DNA of 64,000 nucleotides from Chlamydiales bacterium (GTDB lineage Bacteria; Chlamydiota; Chlamydiia; Chlamydiales; JAAKFR01): NCBI GenBank assembly GCA_022601535.1, contig JAJACK010000001.1, positions 5,993 to 69,992 of the forward strand, read 5' to 3'. Shown piece by piece: positions 62,180 to 64,000 of this stretch (position 1 is its first letter; each line of letters starts with the position of its first letter). The notes under the pieces were generated by a model. It saw only the letters and a program-made list of their open reading frames with translations, ran no database searches and was not told where the DNA came from. The position numbers and the translations under genes were made by a program.

Positions 62180-62473
62180 GGGATGTTTTGCCCAGTCAAA
62201 TTTTGTAAGCAAAGATTTACAAAATAATAGACCTCATAACATCCCAAGGGATAATTTCTGTCTATGACCTCTTCTAAATATTCATAAACCTCTTTTTCTT
62301 TAAGAGTTCATCATAAAACCAGAGATATTTATAAACTTAAACCTCTTCATTTTACTGTATTAAAAGTAGTTATGCTTTATCTTGCTTGTGAGATATAAAA
62401 TTTTTATACCCCTCCCCTAATTCCATGAATTAAAATAATTTATTTATTATAATAGAGGATTAGGGGGAAATCT

Positions 62474-62758
62474 ATGAAAATTCAAAGTGATTCAGGTGGT
62501 ACAAAGCACACGCATTCCGTTTCTCCACCTGCAAATAAAACAACTCAAAACACTTATAAGAAGGGTTTTAAGTCTATTTCTATCTTAGAAAAAGTTTTAG
62601 GATCAGCCCTTCGAGGAATCGGGAGTGGTGTACTTAAAACCATAACCTTCTTCCCCAACCTCATCCGACAAGCTGTGCAAAGTGTTCATTCGAACAAGAC
62701 TCAATCTATTGAACCTGAGTCAAAAGATTTAGAAAACAAATACGATCCTGAAGAGTAA
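62474..62758 (+). CDS. Small hypothetical protein
   Basis: 94 aa with a strong SD 'TAGGGGGAAA' 4 nt upstream. One hydrophobic stretch, 'VLGSALRGIGSGVLKTITFF'. Confidence 0.4.
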   Translation: MKIQSDSGGTKHTHSVSPPANKTTQNTYKKGFKSISILEKVLGSALRGIGSGVLKTITFFPNLIRQAVQSVHSNKTQSIEPESKDLENKYDPEE

Positions 62759-62778
62759 CAAGGACTTAGGGGGAAAGT

Positions 62779-64000
62779 ATGTCTATTAAGCCACCGGGTC
62801 GAGGAAGCCCTCCTAATAGCCCATCTGTCAAAAAGCTGAGGGGAGAAGAGAGCTCTTCTTCTACTTCACGTGCTGCATCTTCTGTTTTTTCATCAATGGA
62901 AGATGAAAAGCAAAGTGATCATCCCCCTTCTCGGTCTGGTGGAGGTGGTGGTGGCTCGTATAAGGCAAAAAGAGTTCGTACATCTTCTGAAGAGGCGGAA
63001 GATTATCAAAAGAGTGAGGGACACTCTCTTCGAAAAATTCAATCTAAGAGCCATTTTAACGGGGGAAAGCATTCTTTTTCAGGGGGGCAAAAACAACTGA
63101 GCCACAGCCGTTTTTCTTCAAAAAGCCGCTTTGCTACTCCAGATTTTTCTCCGATCAATTTAGAAGCTGATCCCGCTTCGTTAACACGGGATCGCGAGGT
63201 TGCTTTTGCAAGCTGTGAAGGAAATGGTGAAGGACTTCTTCAAATCCCCCTCCGAGCTGATCTGATCTATGAAACTCCTTTTGGGTTGGGTGAGGCTACG
63301 ATTTATGCGGTCTCTTCTGACCAAAAAATTGAAACAGATTTTCCCCATGTCCTCGCTGGATGTCTCAACAATAAACTCTCAGATAAAGGGAGAGCTCGTG
63401 CGATCGAGCATGCATTAGATTCTATGGGGATTGAGAAGGATTTTTCTGCCCTTATTGAATTTCGAAAGGAAGATGGAAAAAGCGAGGTGTATGCGGTGGC
63501 TCGCAATTCATCTGCACGGATTATCCGTATGGATCTAGAAAAAGCGGATCAACTCAATGATCTAAATAGCACCATTGAAATCGAAGCGACAACCGATGAT
63601 GTCTTTCTCATTGTTTCTTCAGAAATAAAAAAGATTGCGACCTTAAAGGAAATTATTTTTGAAACCCCCTCGAAATATTCTGCCAAGCAGACAGCAGAGC
63701 ATCTTTTAAAGGTTGCCTATAAGAGTGGTGTTGTTGAAAGGGCTTCTGTCATGGCGATTAGACCTCCTAAAAATAAAAGCATCTCTTCTATCCGTTCAAC
63801 AGCGTCTCACCATAGAAAATCAATGATAGAAAGAGCTTTAAAATCTACCCAACAAACCCTCGCATCCCATTTCAAAACCGAGCATGGAAAAGAGGTCTCT
63901 CAAGCCAGTCTGCTTGAAAAAGCTTACCACCAAAGAACTAACTTGGGAATCAGTCACGATCCCACAAAAAGAATGCTCATCCAAAGGCAGCTTGACTACG
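62779..64000 (+). CDS. Hypothetical protein, 5' portion (ORF runs off the window end)
   Basis: Not in the supplied track. My own translation from ATG 62779 ('MSIKPPGRGSPPNSPSVKKLRGEE...') stays open for 407 codons to nt 64000. It has the same 'TTAGGGGGAAAGTATG' leader type as the preceding ORF. The N-terminal ~130 aa are Ser/Gly/basic low complexity. Confidence 0.6.
   Translation, partial: MSIKPPGRGSPPNSPSVKKLRGEESSSSTSRAASSVFSSMEDEKQSDHPPSRSGGGGGGSYKAKRVRTSSEEAEDYQKSEGHSLRKIQSKSHFNGGKHSFSGGQKQLSHSRFSSKSRFATPDFSPINLEADPASLTRDREVAFASCEGNGEGLLQIPLRADLIYETPFGLGEATIYAVSSDQKIETDFPHVLAGCLNNKLSDKGRARAIEHALDSMGIEKDFSALIEFRKEDGKSEVYAVARNSSARIIRMDLEKADQLNDLNSTIEIEATTDDVFLIVSSEIKKIATLKEIIFETPSKYSAKQTAEHLLKVAYKSGVVERASVMAIRPPKNKSISSIRSTASHHRKSMIERALKSTQQTLASHFKTEHGKEVSQASLLEKAYHQRTNLGISHDPTKRMLIQRQLDY

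Noticed and set aside
62204-62229. AT-only hairpin (ATTTTGTAA...TTACAAAAT) after the LRR gene as a terminator.
   Set aside because: The stem contains only one G:C pair and there is no clear U-tract. It is too weak to annotate.
63150-63700. PP2C-like phosphatase motifs in the open-ended ORF.
   Set aside because: The resemblance is limited to hydrophobic beta-strand patterns, and the diagnostic DG(H)xG and metal-binding Asp motifs are absent. This is left as a question for profile searches.

Overview
This window looks like chromosome from a chlamydia-like bacterium (phylum Chlamydiota, probably an environmental lineage). GC content was not computed. Most of it is a very compact housekeeping backbone. 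As far as I recall, its gene order matches the Chlamydia trachomatis CT010-CT033 region: lpxL-like acyltransferase, cdaA/ybbR, cydAB, phoH, ileS, lepB, rpmE-prfA-prmC, ffh-rpsP-trmD-rplS-rnhB, gmk, metG, recD. It also carries chlamydial hallmarks: a double-length UvrA (1859-aa ORF), a long LepB, a type-B L31 and a tmRNA. Many neighbouring genes overlap by 4 nt (ATGA or GTGA).

Accessory material interrupts this backbone:
- Two tandem serine-hydrolase paralogs (1.4-3.3 kb).
- A eukaryote-like F-box protein (7.4-8.5 kb).
- Three tandem paralogs of an unrecognised small Cys-cluster protein plus arsB, inserted between lepB and ileS (20.8-23.6 kb).
- An orphan, translationally coupled pair of FliN/SpoA-domain proteins (26.75-27.37 kb).
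- A tmRNA-adjacent islet of about 3.7 kb carrying a CatB-type xenobiotic acetyltransferase, a P-loop kinase, a decayed HIT gene, an HSL-type esterase and a VOC protein.
- A 1076-aa protein built from about a dozen degenerate ~38-aa repeats.
- Inc-like membrane proteins.
- A terminal effector-like cluster containing an LRR protein encoded by a near-perfect 69-bp tandem DNA array.

No rRNA, tRNA, CRISPR array, transposase or integrase was recognised. All calls come from reading the translations and DNA by eye; no database search was run.
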